A stretch of DNA of 64,000 bases from Lytechinus pictus (Eukaryota). The first letter of the stretch is position 1. Every line of letters starts with the position of its first letter. The notes beneath the pieces were generated by a model. The model did no database searches. It was not told the DNA's origin and saw only the letters and a list, made by a program, of their open reading frames with translations. The stretch is taken from positions 10,850,001 through 10,914,000 of the forward strand of contig NC_087248.1 of assembly GCF_037042905.1 (NCBI RefSeq). The letters run 5' to 3'. Shown piece after piece: positions 50,642 through 64,000 of this stretch. The position numbers were made by a program, and so were the translations under genes.

Positions 50642-53068
50642 CAACACCCTCTTCATTTTCTTTTCACCTCCGATGGGTGATAAATTGTCGGATCCCCCCA
50701 TTTTTAAATGTTTATTATTGTTTGTTGCATCTCTTTCTGATTATTCATTTATTCGTTGATGAGTACTCTTTAGCTTGTACCTCTTCTATGAAACGATTAA
50801 GAGCCTGCTCAAGGTTCCCTTAATTTTAGTTCTATTTTCGATCTCTCATACACCACTTTGTTTGTGGACACTTAGGTGTTCTCAAAAGTACAAAAGATTT
50901 GCTCGATTGTATATTAATATCTGGTGATCGAAACTCGACTTAAGATTTGAAGGCTTTCGATACTAATTACCTTATTATATTTGATGTTACTGCAAATGTC
51001 CATTTGATAATACATTTCGTTTGGCCGAGAACACGTAATAAACAATGTAGGCCTTTAGACCATTCGAGAAATGACATTTCGTTTTTAGATGCCTGCACCA
51101 AATCTATGAAAATAAACATCAACTCAATAATGATATTACCTCCACCCAGATTTACACCAATGATATATTCATAGAGCCGAAAACTTGATTTGTTTAAATT
51201 CAATCTTTTCTTCGAATAACGAAATTTCGTTTACAAAAAAACTGACATTCTTTTCGTATTAGACTATTGCAATTATATAGTTTCGTTATCTATGGATTTT
51301 CTTCAGTATGATATATTCTATTTTGCTAGATCAAAAATAGAAACAATTTCTTTCGTTTCATAAATCATTCCTGAAAGTCATCATTGTCTTTTCAAATGCA
51401 AATAAATTTTACGCATTATCTTGAAAAAAAAATCAGATTCCTCGAATAAAGTCTTATAATATCCTCTTTATCTTTGCGAAACGATTGAAGTGATGAAATT
51501 ATTTAGTAAAATAAAATCGAACTTTGGCAAATAAACAATTTAGAGCACAATTGTCCCGATTACCTTTTTGGACTTTGATTTCTTATCTGTTTCTGGTACT
51601 TTTATTTGAAACCCTGTCACATGTGCAAGATCGACCACAAATCTAATAAATTTCATTCTACAGGTTCCATTAGGTAATGTTAACCATCTGTCGGATATGT
51701 ACGCTATAGTGTAACTGAAGCTTATCAGTCTCCTTTATTGTCGTTACAGCCCTGTTGACTCTTTACATTTGATAAGTAAATATTAACTCCATACATATTT
51801 CATCGATGAAATATAACTTTATACGTGACTGTTCGCACGCACTGATTTTTCTACATTTTTCGGTTGCTTTTCATTTATCATGTGTACATGATAGAAATGA
51901 TAGAAGCGTGGGCTGAAGATAGCGGCTTGTTTTTGGTGAAGATATTTTATATGCCATTTTGACAAGAGTTACGACAAATTTTTGTATAATACTATAATTA
52001 TCTTTTTCATATTAGAAGGATGCACACAAAAAACACGATATATGTGTACATCATATTGGTAATAATATCATTATGTGAGAAGTGAGATATTATAGATAGA
52101 GTCAATGGCGACAATAGTCAAATATGACTAATCGCCACTCAACCAACATAAGAAGAAGAAGGTGGATCGATAGGCCAAAACAGGGTGTCCAGAAAACACG
52201 TGAATATTGTGGATTTCTATTTTGTTGCCTTCAAAATATTGAATTTTGTATTTGCACCATTCTTTTAAATATCTTCAACTAAACAAAATATTACACCAAG
52301 TTCCTTTGATTTAGTGCGTTAATTAATACTATATGCCTATTCCAATGACTTGAAATTCAGACATGTTAGATTTTCGGAAAGTTTGTTGGGTCGAAAGATT
52401 TAAAACGGATCGTTCTCAAAATTGCCATTTGTGTCAGACGGATGTGCATGGATATTGCCGGGAAAGTTTTTTTTCTCATAAATATGTGTACAAGACAACT
52501 TTTCTCAATCGTTATACGGATAAAAGATTAATAAAAGGCGAAATGATATACAACGCATTAATTCAATGCTCTCGGTATCGTTCTTTGGCAGTCAAAATGC
52601 TTTAATAAATGATTTATCAAGAAAAAATTCTCTTTAAATGAAATAAATAGAGCTTTTCTGGTTTAATTGGACACCAAATATACAGCTTCATGTTGGTGCT
52701 TTAATAATTATGTCACATATCTAATGAAACATGTGCGAAAAATATAGCCCTTATGTTTGACATTGATTTTGTTTCTATCGAGCTTATCGACATGAAGAGG
52801 AATTATGTCGTTCCTTACATGTCTCCCACAGCACCCTTTCCTTATTGCTCCTTCAGATAATGTTTTTTCTCTCACTGGTGTACAGATGGGGGCTTTGGGC
52901 CATGTAACCCCCCCAAAAAAAAAAAAAAAAAAAAATCATGACCAAATAAGAAAAAGAAGGAGGAAAGGGGGGCATAGGGTATTATTTTCTGAATGTTATG
53001 TCAAGGTTTAACACAAAATTAGATTTTTGTATTAAAAAGTTTTTTTATTTAATATCATCATCATCATC

Positions 53069-53353
53069 GTGGAGCGGTGTGGCCCAGGGGATTAGTCTTC
53101 TGACTTTGAAACAGAGGGTCGTGGTTCGAATCCCAGCCATGGTGTAATTTCCTTCAGCAGGAAATTTATCCACATTGTGCTGCACTCAACCCAGGTGAGG
53201 TGAATGGGTACCCGGCAGGATTTAATTCCTTGAATGCATGAGCGATGAAAGGCAGCCCGAGCTAAAGCCGGGGTAATAATAATAATAACATCGCGCCTCG
53301 GAATAGAATATTTCTAGATAGATGGCGCTATATAAATGCCTATCATTATTATT
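53069..53353 (+). mobile_element. Full-length tRNA-derived SINE
   Basis: A-box-like tggcccaggg, B box ggttcgaatccc, body shared with 15178-15413, (ATT)n tail. Confidence 0.85.
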
Positions 53354-54165
53354 AAAGGCAAAAAATTTGGATCGCTCACTTCTCTCGTTCGCAACATTTT
53401 TATACAAAATTTGCCCGATACGCCATGTAGGGCTCCCTTATTCCTTTTGTTTTGTTCAGTCATTACGCCACGGTTTTCTTACTAAAATCACAAATTTATG
53501 ACTAGCTGTATTGGCAGATATTTGGATAAAGATAATGTAAAGCACATTCTGGATTATACAAAGTCGAGCGCCATCACGATCGATCTTGTAACTATGGCCA
53601 GAAAAGGAATCTCGAAATTACTGTCATAAGCTTTGACATATTACATTTGGAAGGTCAATATCACAACCATTATAATATATAATATTTGTCACTTCTTATT
53701 ATTATTTTTAATCATTTTTCAAAATCAAAATCAACATTATCTATTGTTCGTCATTATAAAAAAAAAAATATATAAAAAATTGATTAGCAGCGTAATTACC
53801 ATTGTCGTCAACACACTGACTGTATCTAATTTTTTTTTAGCTCCATGGACTGACGGTCAAAATCTGCATCACTTACATTACATTACATGAAGGGCACCAT
53901 GAAGTTTCGTGTGTGTTTCATGTTGTTTCACACAACCATAAATGTACTGCTTGGCCTCACTATAGAAAAGTTATGTTGCCATTTTGTTTCTATCGATTTT
54001 ATAGGATTCCGTCTGCAATTATAATTATTTTGCATGAATTTTCTAATCTCTGAGAAGTGAACTTGATGTGAACTGCACACCGCAGTATTAAAGTCCCCTA
54101 TTATCATCATAATTTTTCTCGCCAACTTATCAAATCACCACTCTATTAAATCACCACCTTCTGTT

Positions 54166-54181
54166 TCATCATCGTTATCAT

Positions 54182-54213
<32 letters not shown>

Positions 54214-54297
54214 TTAATATCATCATCATCATCATAATCACCATCATCATCATCATCATCATCATCGTCGTCGTCATCACAGTCAATCATCACCATC
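54166..54297. repeat. (CAT)n/(ATC)n microsatellite
   Basis: Direct reading of the sequence. Confidence 0.9.
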
Positions 54298-57200
54298 AGT
54301 TTCATATTTATCTTCATAATATCCTTAAAAATTCATCATTATTTTTACACACACCCTCACCCACACGCCCCCACACACGTTAATAAACGCACATTCAATC
54401 ACCCTTCGACACACACTTCATCACCTCATCCAATCAATATAATATGCGATTTCATTTCATATTTCACATGGTGTTTTGAGTGACATGAGGGCCGAGCTAC
54501 ACATTGGTAACCGTCCCCTCCGAGCCCCCGCCCCGAACTTGCGCATGCGATTTCATTTTATAATGCACATGGTGTTTCGACATGAGGGCTGAGCTGTACA
54601 TCGGTAATCGTAAACATCAATGACCTTTCCCACTACTTATTTTAAGATTTGTCGTATACTTTGCCCAAAGGAATGAGTGAGGAGATTACTTCCAAGCAAT
54701 CTGCCGCCATCTGTCGACAGTTTGCACTATCATAAGGTGTCACGCGCGTAAAACATTCCCCATAGACTTGTGTGTTAAAATGGCACTTTTGAAAAATTCA
54801 TGAAAAATAAACGTGAAATTAGAGGGTTGAATGTTTACTACCATTGGATAGAATATATATCTGACATTCCATATCTGACCAAAGAAGGGTATCGTAGCCA
54901 GCTCATTTTAAAAATAAATCGCAATTTATGAAGATAACTATGATGGGATCAAATTTATCAACTGAAACAGTAAAATAGCCCTAATTCTTCCGCCAGTCAA
55001 AAAATAGTTCCAAAGTAATTTTTGATCTTCCCAATTTGGGCAAAGGAAGTTCAGTAGTTACCGTTTCTAGAATCAGTGTTAGATTTTTAATTATGTTCAT
55101 AGTACCACTTTTGTCAATCAGCAATATCAAATTGAAAAAAATTCGAATGGGTTGGGTCGAATGAATATCTTTAGCCCTCCTGTTTGTCGTAATTAGGCTC
55201 ATGGAACCATAACTGTTATTTGGACAATTCCATGTCGAAATTCAACCCTTTGCAAAGAAATAGCAGCCAAAGGTATTTTGGAAGCCACCATTTGCCTTAC
55301 AAATACTTTGTCTACTTTTATTTGGTCTTATATTGTGTTTAAATCCTTAGTTTGTCAGCAACCGATTCATCTACTAAGCACTATTAGGGATAATTGTCAT
55401 TTTACCATGTTTTTTAATTTACCGTTAGACTAGACCCATTTCGCCTAATCAATATCCACTTGGTCTTACACCAAGGGCCTGGGGACGATTTTTGAAGAGG
55501 GGGTGCTGAATTGAAGAAAAAAAATGACAAGCAAATAAAAGGGTTTCACTCCAAAATCAAGGTGATTTGTGTAAAAAATGACAAGCAAAGAAAAAAAAAA
55601 GGTTTTCGCTTAAAAATGAAGGTGTTTGGGGTTTAATTTCTACATTTTAGCATACCAACCTAATTTCAGGGGGTGCTGCCTATGGTGTATAACATACACA
55701 TCACTAACACCCTTCCTTCCCTGCTGGAAAGAACAGTGTCACGCAGTGTGATCACAGTGTGTTCACTGCTAAAACGCTCAAATTCAACAGTGTAAAGATA
55801 TGTTCGCACTGTGGACAAAGTGTTCAGGACACAAGGGCGGATCCAGCCTTCTGCCAATGGATGGGGGGGGGGCGGAAAAATATTTTCAACCACATTTTCC
55901 CCGATTGGTCGCTACAAGCTGATTTTTGTCGTGTTTTTTTAAAGGGTAGTCCTAAATAAAGACTGAAGTTTGAAAAGTATAGGCCTACATCTTAGATTAA
56001 TTCTTGAAAAGAAGATCAGTAAATAGCATAAAGCCTTTCCAGTAGGGTAGGACAATGCTTACACTTCTTATTATGGTCTTTATGAATCAAATATTCATTA
56101 TTAGACCAAATCTTTAGGTAGCCAAGAGAGCTTAGTCATGATGATATAAAACGATGTGAGAGTTAGACGGATCGAGGTCGAGAGAGAGAGAGAGCTACGC
56201 TCCTTTTAAAATCTAAGATTTTATTGCTACGGCATTTACGTTACTAAACCATTTGAGATTGTATATACACCAACGGAATTCAGTGAAATTCGTTCGCTTG
56301 CCAAACATTGTAAAATTTACTATATCTTCAGGAATATACATAATACCATGACGAATTTGATATAAAATGAAAGAGCGTATTAAGCTTTTTCACATGATTG
56401 GGATGCCGTTGGGATAAAAGCATATTGCAGGTGGAATTTCCTTTGAAGAAAAAAAAGTAAAAATCGTCCCAAATGTATTCTGTTGTTTGTTATTATATTT
56501 TCAAACATCGTTTCATAGAAATAATATATCTCAAATCTATGATTTATATTACATTTTCTATCACGATATGTCACCACTGAACAAAAAAGTGTAATCTAAT
56601 ATGTTTGTGTTGAGAAGTAGTTAGCATAAATATGAAATGTTTTTGTCAAGTTTTTATTTTTGATTCGTCTAAAAATATGGAAATTTTTTTGGGGAAATGA
56701 CACCTCAATATTTTTCAGCTCCTGATGACAAAGCAATGTGATGAAGGGGCATGACATACTCATTTGTTTGATATCAAATTCGTCTTGATAGCACAAATAT
56801 TTTATAAGATATAATAAATTTTATGATGCTTGGCAAGTGTTAATTGGCAATTTCCTGGGTGTATGTAAACTTCTGACCTCAATTGTATATATTGACCAGC
56901 GATTAACCAGCATACGAATGTTCACAGTGTCATTACTGAAGTTTATTTTAAGCGAAATCCATTAAAATTACAATACTTTAAATAAATTCAATTCAAATAG
57001 TCGCATGGTTGGAATACCACAGATCTGTTGATTGCCTAATTGTATTCACATCTCAATTTCACCTTATGAAGAGGTACTTGATACTACATTTATGTTCTCT
57101 CATATTTCCAACAACATTTCCATGAGGTCAATTTACATCATTAGGATAAACTCAAAATGGTATATCATTTACGACACAATTCAAATCTTAATTTTAGATT

Positions 57201-58654
57201 TATTAAGTTTATTGATGAATGCAATGGGATCCGATCAATTAACCATAGATCCGATAATCGAGATCCTGAAAACACTTTAGTTATTATGCATTCCATGGCA
57301 TCCATAAATATACATTATCATCTTACTGAAATGATAAAAGAAGAGAAAACACCTATTAAACATATTAAACAAATTTATAAAAAAAGAAAGAGCAAGTACT
57401 GGAGTTTTTGTAAAGTTCCCTAAAATCCCATGACATAGTGTGAAATTTAAGGAAAAAGAATAAGACGGTGTTTCTATGATTATCTTTAAATTCAAAATAT
57501 TGATTCAAAGAGGCGTGATTTTTTCCAAATATTTTTATGGAGGATTATCTATCTCTTTTGAATTACAATGCTCAGATTTCCGTCTTAATCTCTCTTGCTT
57601 GTCTCCTCATTGTGAATGTCCAATCTCAACAAGGACCCACATTTTGCATGCACTCTTCTTGTGATTTAAACAATGATTTTAATCACTCTCAGATGCAATT
57701 TGATTTTTCTTTTCAATTTAAATGGCTCGTATTAATAATGTCGTTAAAAATTGTCTGAAGACTAACGATGAAAGTGTTCACACCAAAACGTTTAAATAAA
57801 AGTGATAAAAAATGTCGGAACTTAATTTACATGTTTAGCAGAGTACCCTCCCCTGTCATATATATTGTCCTATCTAGACAACGTTCATTGCACATAAAAT
57901 TGTACTGTTGTATATCATGTATATTACAGTCTTATGAACTAATGCAAAGAAGTAAGTCTATAACGACTTTATGATATATGATTTAAGATCTTATCATCCG
58001 GTACATTTCATTAACATGTCAAGGATATTATCTTTTATACCGAAATTAGGGCCATATTTGAATAATCCAGAACAAAACACCGCAGCAACAACGGAAATTC
58101 ATTTAACCAATTAAAATCAACTAAATCTGGGACAGTATGCACAAAGACAACGGTATACCTTACGATTGGTCTGCGACCCGATTTTGGAATAAAACGTAGT
58201 AGAAATTGAGACATGAAATATCTTCCTGTGTAATGTTGCAAATCATCGAACGAATACCTAATTGTGTGACTTTGCTATCATCCTTATTGAAATAAAAGCG
58301 AATTTAAAATGTAGACATAATGACGTCATAGCAATCGTACGATTGGCTACGATTTGAAACTAATTGACTTTATGATACATGATTTAAGATCTTTTCATCA
58401 GGTGCATTTCATTAACATGTCAAGGCTTGCAATTATCCGAAAGTACTATATCAGTATTCTTACAGCTAATTTGAGCCTCAAATAAAAAAAACATACTTTT
58501 CACTCACATTTTCAGAAAATGAGCTAAATGCAATTTGTTCCAAAATCGGATCGTGGACCACTCGTAACGTGTTGCCTTTACGTGTTATGTGGCAAGTGAG
58601 GGTGTCGAGATTACCATGGAGTTATAAAATGCGTACTGTTATAGCCCCTTACTT

Positions 58655-59040
58655 GTCATAATCGCAAGCTTCTTGAGATTGCACCGGTTCTTATACTTTA
58701 TACATATATATAACATTCCAATACCCTTAATATATGAATTGATTTGAATTCCATTTCTCCTTCAAGTTTAAACGGAGTATGTTGAGTTTTTCACGGAGGA
58801 ATGGGTACTGCGAGTCCGTCAGTTACCTGTCAATCGCAAGCTTCTTAAGAATGAATCGGTTGTTATTCTGTATACATAACATTCCAATACCTTTAATAAA
58901 CGAATTGATTTGAATTCCATTTTCCTTCAAGTTTAAACGGAGTATGTCGAGTTTTTCACGGGCGGGTACTGCGAGACCGTCAGTTACCTGACAATCGCCA
59001 GCTTCTGGAGGTGGCACCCGTTCTTATACTTTATGCATAT
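58655..59040. repeat. Local tandem duplication (~165 bp, slightly over 2 units)
   Basis: aatcgcaagcttct..ataacattccaatacc..gaattgatttgaattccattt..ttcaagtttaaacggagtatg..gggtactgcgag.ccgtcagttacctg is repeated. Confidence 0.8.
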
Positions 59041-59336
59041 TTCACTTCTAATTATAATTTATATTCCTCGCCTGCATGGCATTGAAAGTGTCAGATACGT
59101 GATCAGGTGATAAGTTGGCGATGAATGGTTGAAATAATGAACAGTGAGTTATGTACATTAAAAAAAAAAAACGAATGCCAGTATGGCATGTGGTATTATT
59201 TCATACAAATTGATCGACAGTTGATCAACCATAAATTATGCAATAAAGAATCGGGGCATACTACAAGTCGTAAGAAGAAATGTCATCACAGACTTTGTGC
59301 TTCAGATCTTAATGTTGCCTTAACCACGTAGTCCTG

Positions 59337-59852
59337 GAGCCTGTTCAGACCGGCAGAGATAGCGCGATCTAGCGCGCGCTAGATCGCGCTATCTCTGCGG
59401 TGTGGAAGGTACAACGTCGTTTCGGTCCGCCCAACAGCGAGCCACGGCGAGCCAAAATGGCGTGCCACTGGAGCACCTCTTGGGGGTGGTCCACGAGAGA
59501 TAGCGCGGTCTAGCGCGCGCTAGATCGCGCTATCTCTGCCGGTGTGAACCCGAGCTACGATAGCACGCCGGAAGTCATCGTTCTACACGCGGGGAATAAT
59601 AGGCACAGCGATATCGAGCTCTCAACTAACTAGTACGGGTTCGTAATAGCGCGCGAAATCTTTGACCGCTCTGACCTCATGACGTCACGCGTCATGGCAA
59701 CAGGACCTCTCAAAAAAGGGGGTGCTACGATAGACCGCGCTATCTCACTGCGGTGTGAATCCGGCGAATGCCAATGGGCGGACCGTGGATCGCGCTACGA
59801 TAGCGCGATCCACGGTCCGCCCACGGTCCCCCCTTGCGGTGTGAACAGCCTC
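59337..59852. mobile_element. GC-rich palindromic MITE (Harbinger-like termini)
   Basis: TIRs gagcctgttcagaccg / cggtgtgaacagcctc, with internal palindromes built from gatagcgcg units. Confidence 0.75.
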
Positions 59853-59856
59853 ATGG

Positions 59857-60969
59857 TCATGCGAGTGTAATGTTCGACGACAAGGACGGTCTAGTCTTTG
59901 AGGAGGACATATAACATTCCCTAGATTTCGACTCTGTAGAGCACGTACACCTCTTTACTAAACACTTGATAATGTCTTTAAAAGCATTCCTAAACCGCAA
60001 GTTCCTCCTGGCATAGACAAGCGGGTTGATGGCCCCGTTCAAGAGCCAGAATGTCTCCGAGCTTCGCTTGACAACAATCCACGTTGTCCAATTGATAAGG
60101 ACGGATACCCCTATTCCTTCGAAGAAGTACCTTGTGGCCGTCGGCAACCAACATATGACAAAGAGTACAATGATGATGCCGATTGTCTTTGTGGCTTTGA
60201 ACTGTCTGGCGTCGTTGCTGCTCTGGCTGTCGGATCTTAGAGATTTTTTATTTCCCAGGGCAAAAGATTTTTCTCGTTCCGCCTCCATATCTTGCCAGTG
60301 GCCCCTCGCGATCCGGTAGATGTGTAGGTAAATTAAAGTGATGACGAGGAACCCCAGCGTCAATAGGATGAAGGAAACGAACGAAAAGGTGGGCGATGAA
60401 CCTGCTTCCTTGCAGTCGGGCCGCATGGTATCTGTGCCAGTTGGTTTCAAGACGGCACTCGCACCGATCAGGAGACTCATCAACCATATGAACACCTCAA
60501 GGAGAACGATGCGTTTCATTGTAACGATATCATGGTATCGCAACGGCTTCAACACACCGATATACCGTTCGAAAGTGATTGCTATGATGTGAAAGAAGGA
60601 AGCCGCTGCACAGGTGTATGTCAACACAAAGAAATACTTCCGAGTCCCGATCGAACATGTGTACCGATTCTCCACGATCACGGCGTATATCGACGGCGGG
60701 TAGCCGAAAAGGGGAAAGATTAAGTCCGTGACGGCAAGGGTGGCGATCAGGGCGTAGGTCGGTTGTCGAAGGTTGCGCTCGCGGAAAACGGCGAGCACGA
60801 CCAGGGAGTTGCCGAAGACTGTGAGTATCCATAGCGGAGTATGAATAATGAAGATGAGACTGATGTATAAGGGTGTGACCATCCCGGTGACGTAGTCCGA
60901 GGAATTGTATGGAACATCATCTTCCAGCGTGTCCAGTTCCAGAGAGTATTCAGTCGTCATAGAAGCCAT
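59857..60969 (-). CDS. Class A (rhodopsin-like) GPCR, biogenic amine/adenosine receptor-like; uninterrupted coding region
   Basis: 370 aa with seven hydrophobic segments. Motifs GNSLV (TM1), LAVTD (TM2), ERY (TM3), W (TM4), KATKT..F.ICWLP (TM6), NPLVY (TM7) and FRNAF (helix 8). Confidence 0.92.
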   Translation of the reverse strand: MASMTTEYSLELDTLEDDVPYNSSDYVTGMVTPLYISLIFIIHTPLWILTVFGNSLVVLAVFRERNLRQPTYALIATLAVTDLIFPLFGYPPSIYAVIVENRYTCSIGTRKYFFVLTYTCAAASFFHIIAITFERYIGVLKPLRYHDIVTMKRIVLLEVFIWLMSLLIGASAVLKPTGTDTMRPDCKEAGSSPTFSFVSFILLTLGFLVITLIYLHIYRIARGHWQDMEAEREKSFALGNKKSLRSDSQSSNDARQFKATKTIGIIIVLFVICWLPTATRYFFEGIGVSVLINWTTWIVVKRSSETFWLLNGAINPLVYARRNLRFRNAFKDIIKCLVKRCTCSTESKSRECYMSSSKTRPSLSSNITLA

Positions 60970-63900
60970 GCCTGCAATGGGTTTTCTTTCCTACCTTGTC
61001 CTTTACATGGCGCAGACTGAACACCTAAAACTTCCTCACAAATTCGTTCGCCGTTTGCTTGGTTAGCCGTATGTGAACTTCACTCAGAATTCCCTCTTCT
61101 ATAATTTCAGACGACGACAAGGCACTGAGTACTCGTGGTTATTTTCACAATGCTGATAAATATAGTCTTTATTTTCATATCACCAAATCCGGTGTAAACT
61201 TTCTTCACATCAACTGTTTCCTCTTTGGTCGTTCAACCGCTCTGCCATATGGACTTCATAGACTACCCTTATGTTCACATAACTCATATTTCAATATTTA
61301 AAACTGCATGACACAGCCAGTATATACTCCTTGCAACGGTTTTGATCTCTCTGTTCTTAAACTATTAATCCAAATATATGCAGTGTATCCCGTAATAATT
61401 TCAACGTCACGTTTTAAACATATTTCAGGTACTCTGTTGGTTAAAAATGAATAATCGAAGTTACACAAAATGTAAGTTCTTAGAGAAAATCGTGCACGTC
61501 GCTGCGATGATTAAAGAATGGCTGGCGTTGAGTTATTTCCCCTTATTGTGAAACACAGAATCTTAAAATACATCGGGCTTAGCTGAACTGTGAGTCACAG
61601 CAAATCCTTCACTTCACCTTTCATAACAAAATGGCAGTTTACTGACTCATGAGGTCGGAAAGGCATTAAATTCCCTTCTTGTACACATTTTTTATCCAAA
61701 GGTGTCCGATAGATCGAAGAATACACAATTTCAACTTTCAGGTCATTCGTTGACTCAATCCTCTGGTGAGATCACGAACTGATGACCTTATGGTTGCAAA
61801 ACGGATAAACTTCAATTCAAACTTTAATCGTAATAATTAGTATCTAGAATGTAGCTGTTTTCTCCACTTTATGCACTTCTTTATGGAGTTTTCGGTGTTT
61901 TTCATTCTAGTTTACAATGGTATGTGCGTATCAAGAAGTATTTGACAATCGTCATGGTCTATACGGTTTTTGACTGTATCATCAAGCTTACATCACAGGT
62001 AGACACAATTTAATGAGATAAGTGCACAAGAATGGTGTTATTCATGTTTCCACTTCATCCAATTCGTTACTGAGTTTTTATGCAAGTTTACAGTGAAATG
62101 CATTTCAAAATCTCCCAAACTGAGTCAAACATGCACACGATGAGCAAAGAATCTGGTGCAGTGACCTAGTTCACAAAACAGGCAGACACAATTTAAGGAG
62201 ATAATTACACATGCAGCTGACGTTTCCTGTGTATTCCGTTTTCTTTATGGTCCCGCACCGTTCTGATGATCTTCTATACCACTGTTGACCATGCACCTCA
62301 AGTTCACAAAACTGACTAAAATAACTTTCTGATGGGTGGTTCATATCCGTGTTTTCTCAAGGTAAAATATACTCCGTTACAACCACCCTGGATCGCATTA
62401 GTTAAACATACAGGTATCTTACCTTGTGTGACTGTCATGCTCAATATCAGTGTATGTCTCAGTAATCATGACGGTCAGGAAGCTATCACTTATCGCGCAG
62501 CTACCATTTGAAATCACCCTGTGTCGTGTCAGTCAATACGGTGTATACATATTATTAAATTGTCTAAGATGCACTTCCTGCTAAAATGTTGCGCGAAAGG
62601 TACAGGCCTACCGAATCCAACGGGAAAGGCGAGAACATTAGAAGAACAAGTTCAAACATTTCTAACTATTCAATTTTAGTCAGAAGGGGACATCATTGGA
62701 AACCGTCTATCGATCATCTGCCCAATAGCACGAAAACAAAAGTTCGTTATTAGAAGTTAAGTTCATACGAGTTGCTATAGAAACAACAGTGAAGTGATGA
62801 CAAAATAAACAAGAGTGACCCATTAGTGACGAAACAGTTTCACGAAGCTTTATCTTTCCCGAATGATTTCATGCTGGCTAGGACAAATGACCTATAAAAA
62901 CAATTATCAGTTCACAGTGATTCTGAAAATATCTCAATAATATCCTAGCAAAATCCGAACAGTATTATGTCTTGAGGAATGCACTGTATCTGCACCTTGT
63001 AATGCAAGGATATACCCACTATCCCCGCAGGCCTCGTTGTTTCCTTGACAACCAGCCGGCCGCTTGCCGCAAGATTTTGGCTTAGTGCCTGGTGAGGCAA
63101 GGTTAGGTTCCGTCGGATATGTATAGACACGTTTAGATATATATATTTGAGTCAGCGATGAAAACAGCAGTATCTCAAGTTCACCAGGCGTAGTAATCCG
63201 TCACAACCAGACAGAAATCCCAATTTGGATAATGAAATTTGGCTATTATTTTATGAACCACCTTGCCCTATTCATTTTGTAGTGGCATCCGAATCCAGAT
63301 ATTCACCTTGCAAGTTAATGAAATTGACTCTCTGTGTCTGCAAGATGTTCATGACGCAGAAATACAGTCACTGACAAAATTGTAATTGCACTTCTCGAAT
63401 TAATTTGATAACCATTGGCAACACTGAATGGGTTGTGTAGGCTCTGCATCCCGGTCGAAATACGATTGTTATTTCATTCGTATGCCACTCATACCTTCAC
63501 ATCCATCGAATTATTATGGTGTATAGAAAGACGAAATTCAATCCAGTCATATTAGATAATGACGATATACTACAGAGGAAAAATGAGCTTACAAAAAACA
63601 AGTCCAGTATGAACATGCATGGTGAAAATAATCAAAGGACGCTTCCCCTTTTCAATCGAAAGCTGGTCAGTCATTTTTATTTAAAAAAAAATCGTCTGGA
63701 AGAACGCGGGAAGGTAGTTTCATATTAATATTCCATCCTTCAGCTAGTAAGTGCATGAAAAGCCACATTTACATGTACGTAATATGATGTTGAGATATAT
63801 AAGAGTATATCACGTGTTCAACAATGTCACGTATTTCGTCTCATTTTCGGGTAATAAAAACACTTTCAAGGTCTTTACTTGATAACTTCCTCATATACAC

Positions 63901-64000
63901 ATTTTCTTATAATTTCTTCCTCTTCAAGTTAGCATGGTCGTTATTCAAACTTAAGTATCGAAAACCGGTGTAACATGATTTATTATGAGGAAATTCAATA

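Noticed and set aside
54135-54317. Poly-Asp ORF
   Set aside because: Translation of a (CAT)n microsatellite.

Overview
AT-rich, intron-containing animal DNA with many MITEs and tRNA-derived SINEs. The repeat style suggests a marine invertebrate, probably a sea urchin or other echinoderm (inference). There is one N-gap, in an intron. (1) 601-20418, minus strand: the 5' part of a URB1/Npa1 ribosome-biogenesis gene, with 19 phase-consistent exons, continuing off the left edge. (2) 28.3-49 kb: a compact cluster of immunoglobulin-superfamily type I membrane protein genes from two families. Two long receptors (A and B, minus strand) have a single coding exon, 4 Ig domains and tyrosine/proline-rich tails. 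Two short receptors (C and D, plus strand) have a V-like domain lacking the canonical disulfide, a Cys-rich second domain and short tails, i.e. a CD2/SLAM-like layout. The cluster also holds a decayed third short-receptor fragment and a young tandem duplication with an internal deletion, which leaves an ectodomain-less ORF (TM plus tail). (3) 59857-60969, minus strand: a class A GPCR with an uninterrupted coding region and a strongly palindromic MITE 4 bp after its stop. The Ig cluster is the best candidate for an undescribed system, possibly a paired immune or adhesion receptor locus undergoing birth and death. All calls come from reading the sequence; no database search was run.
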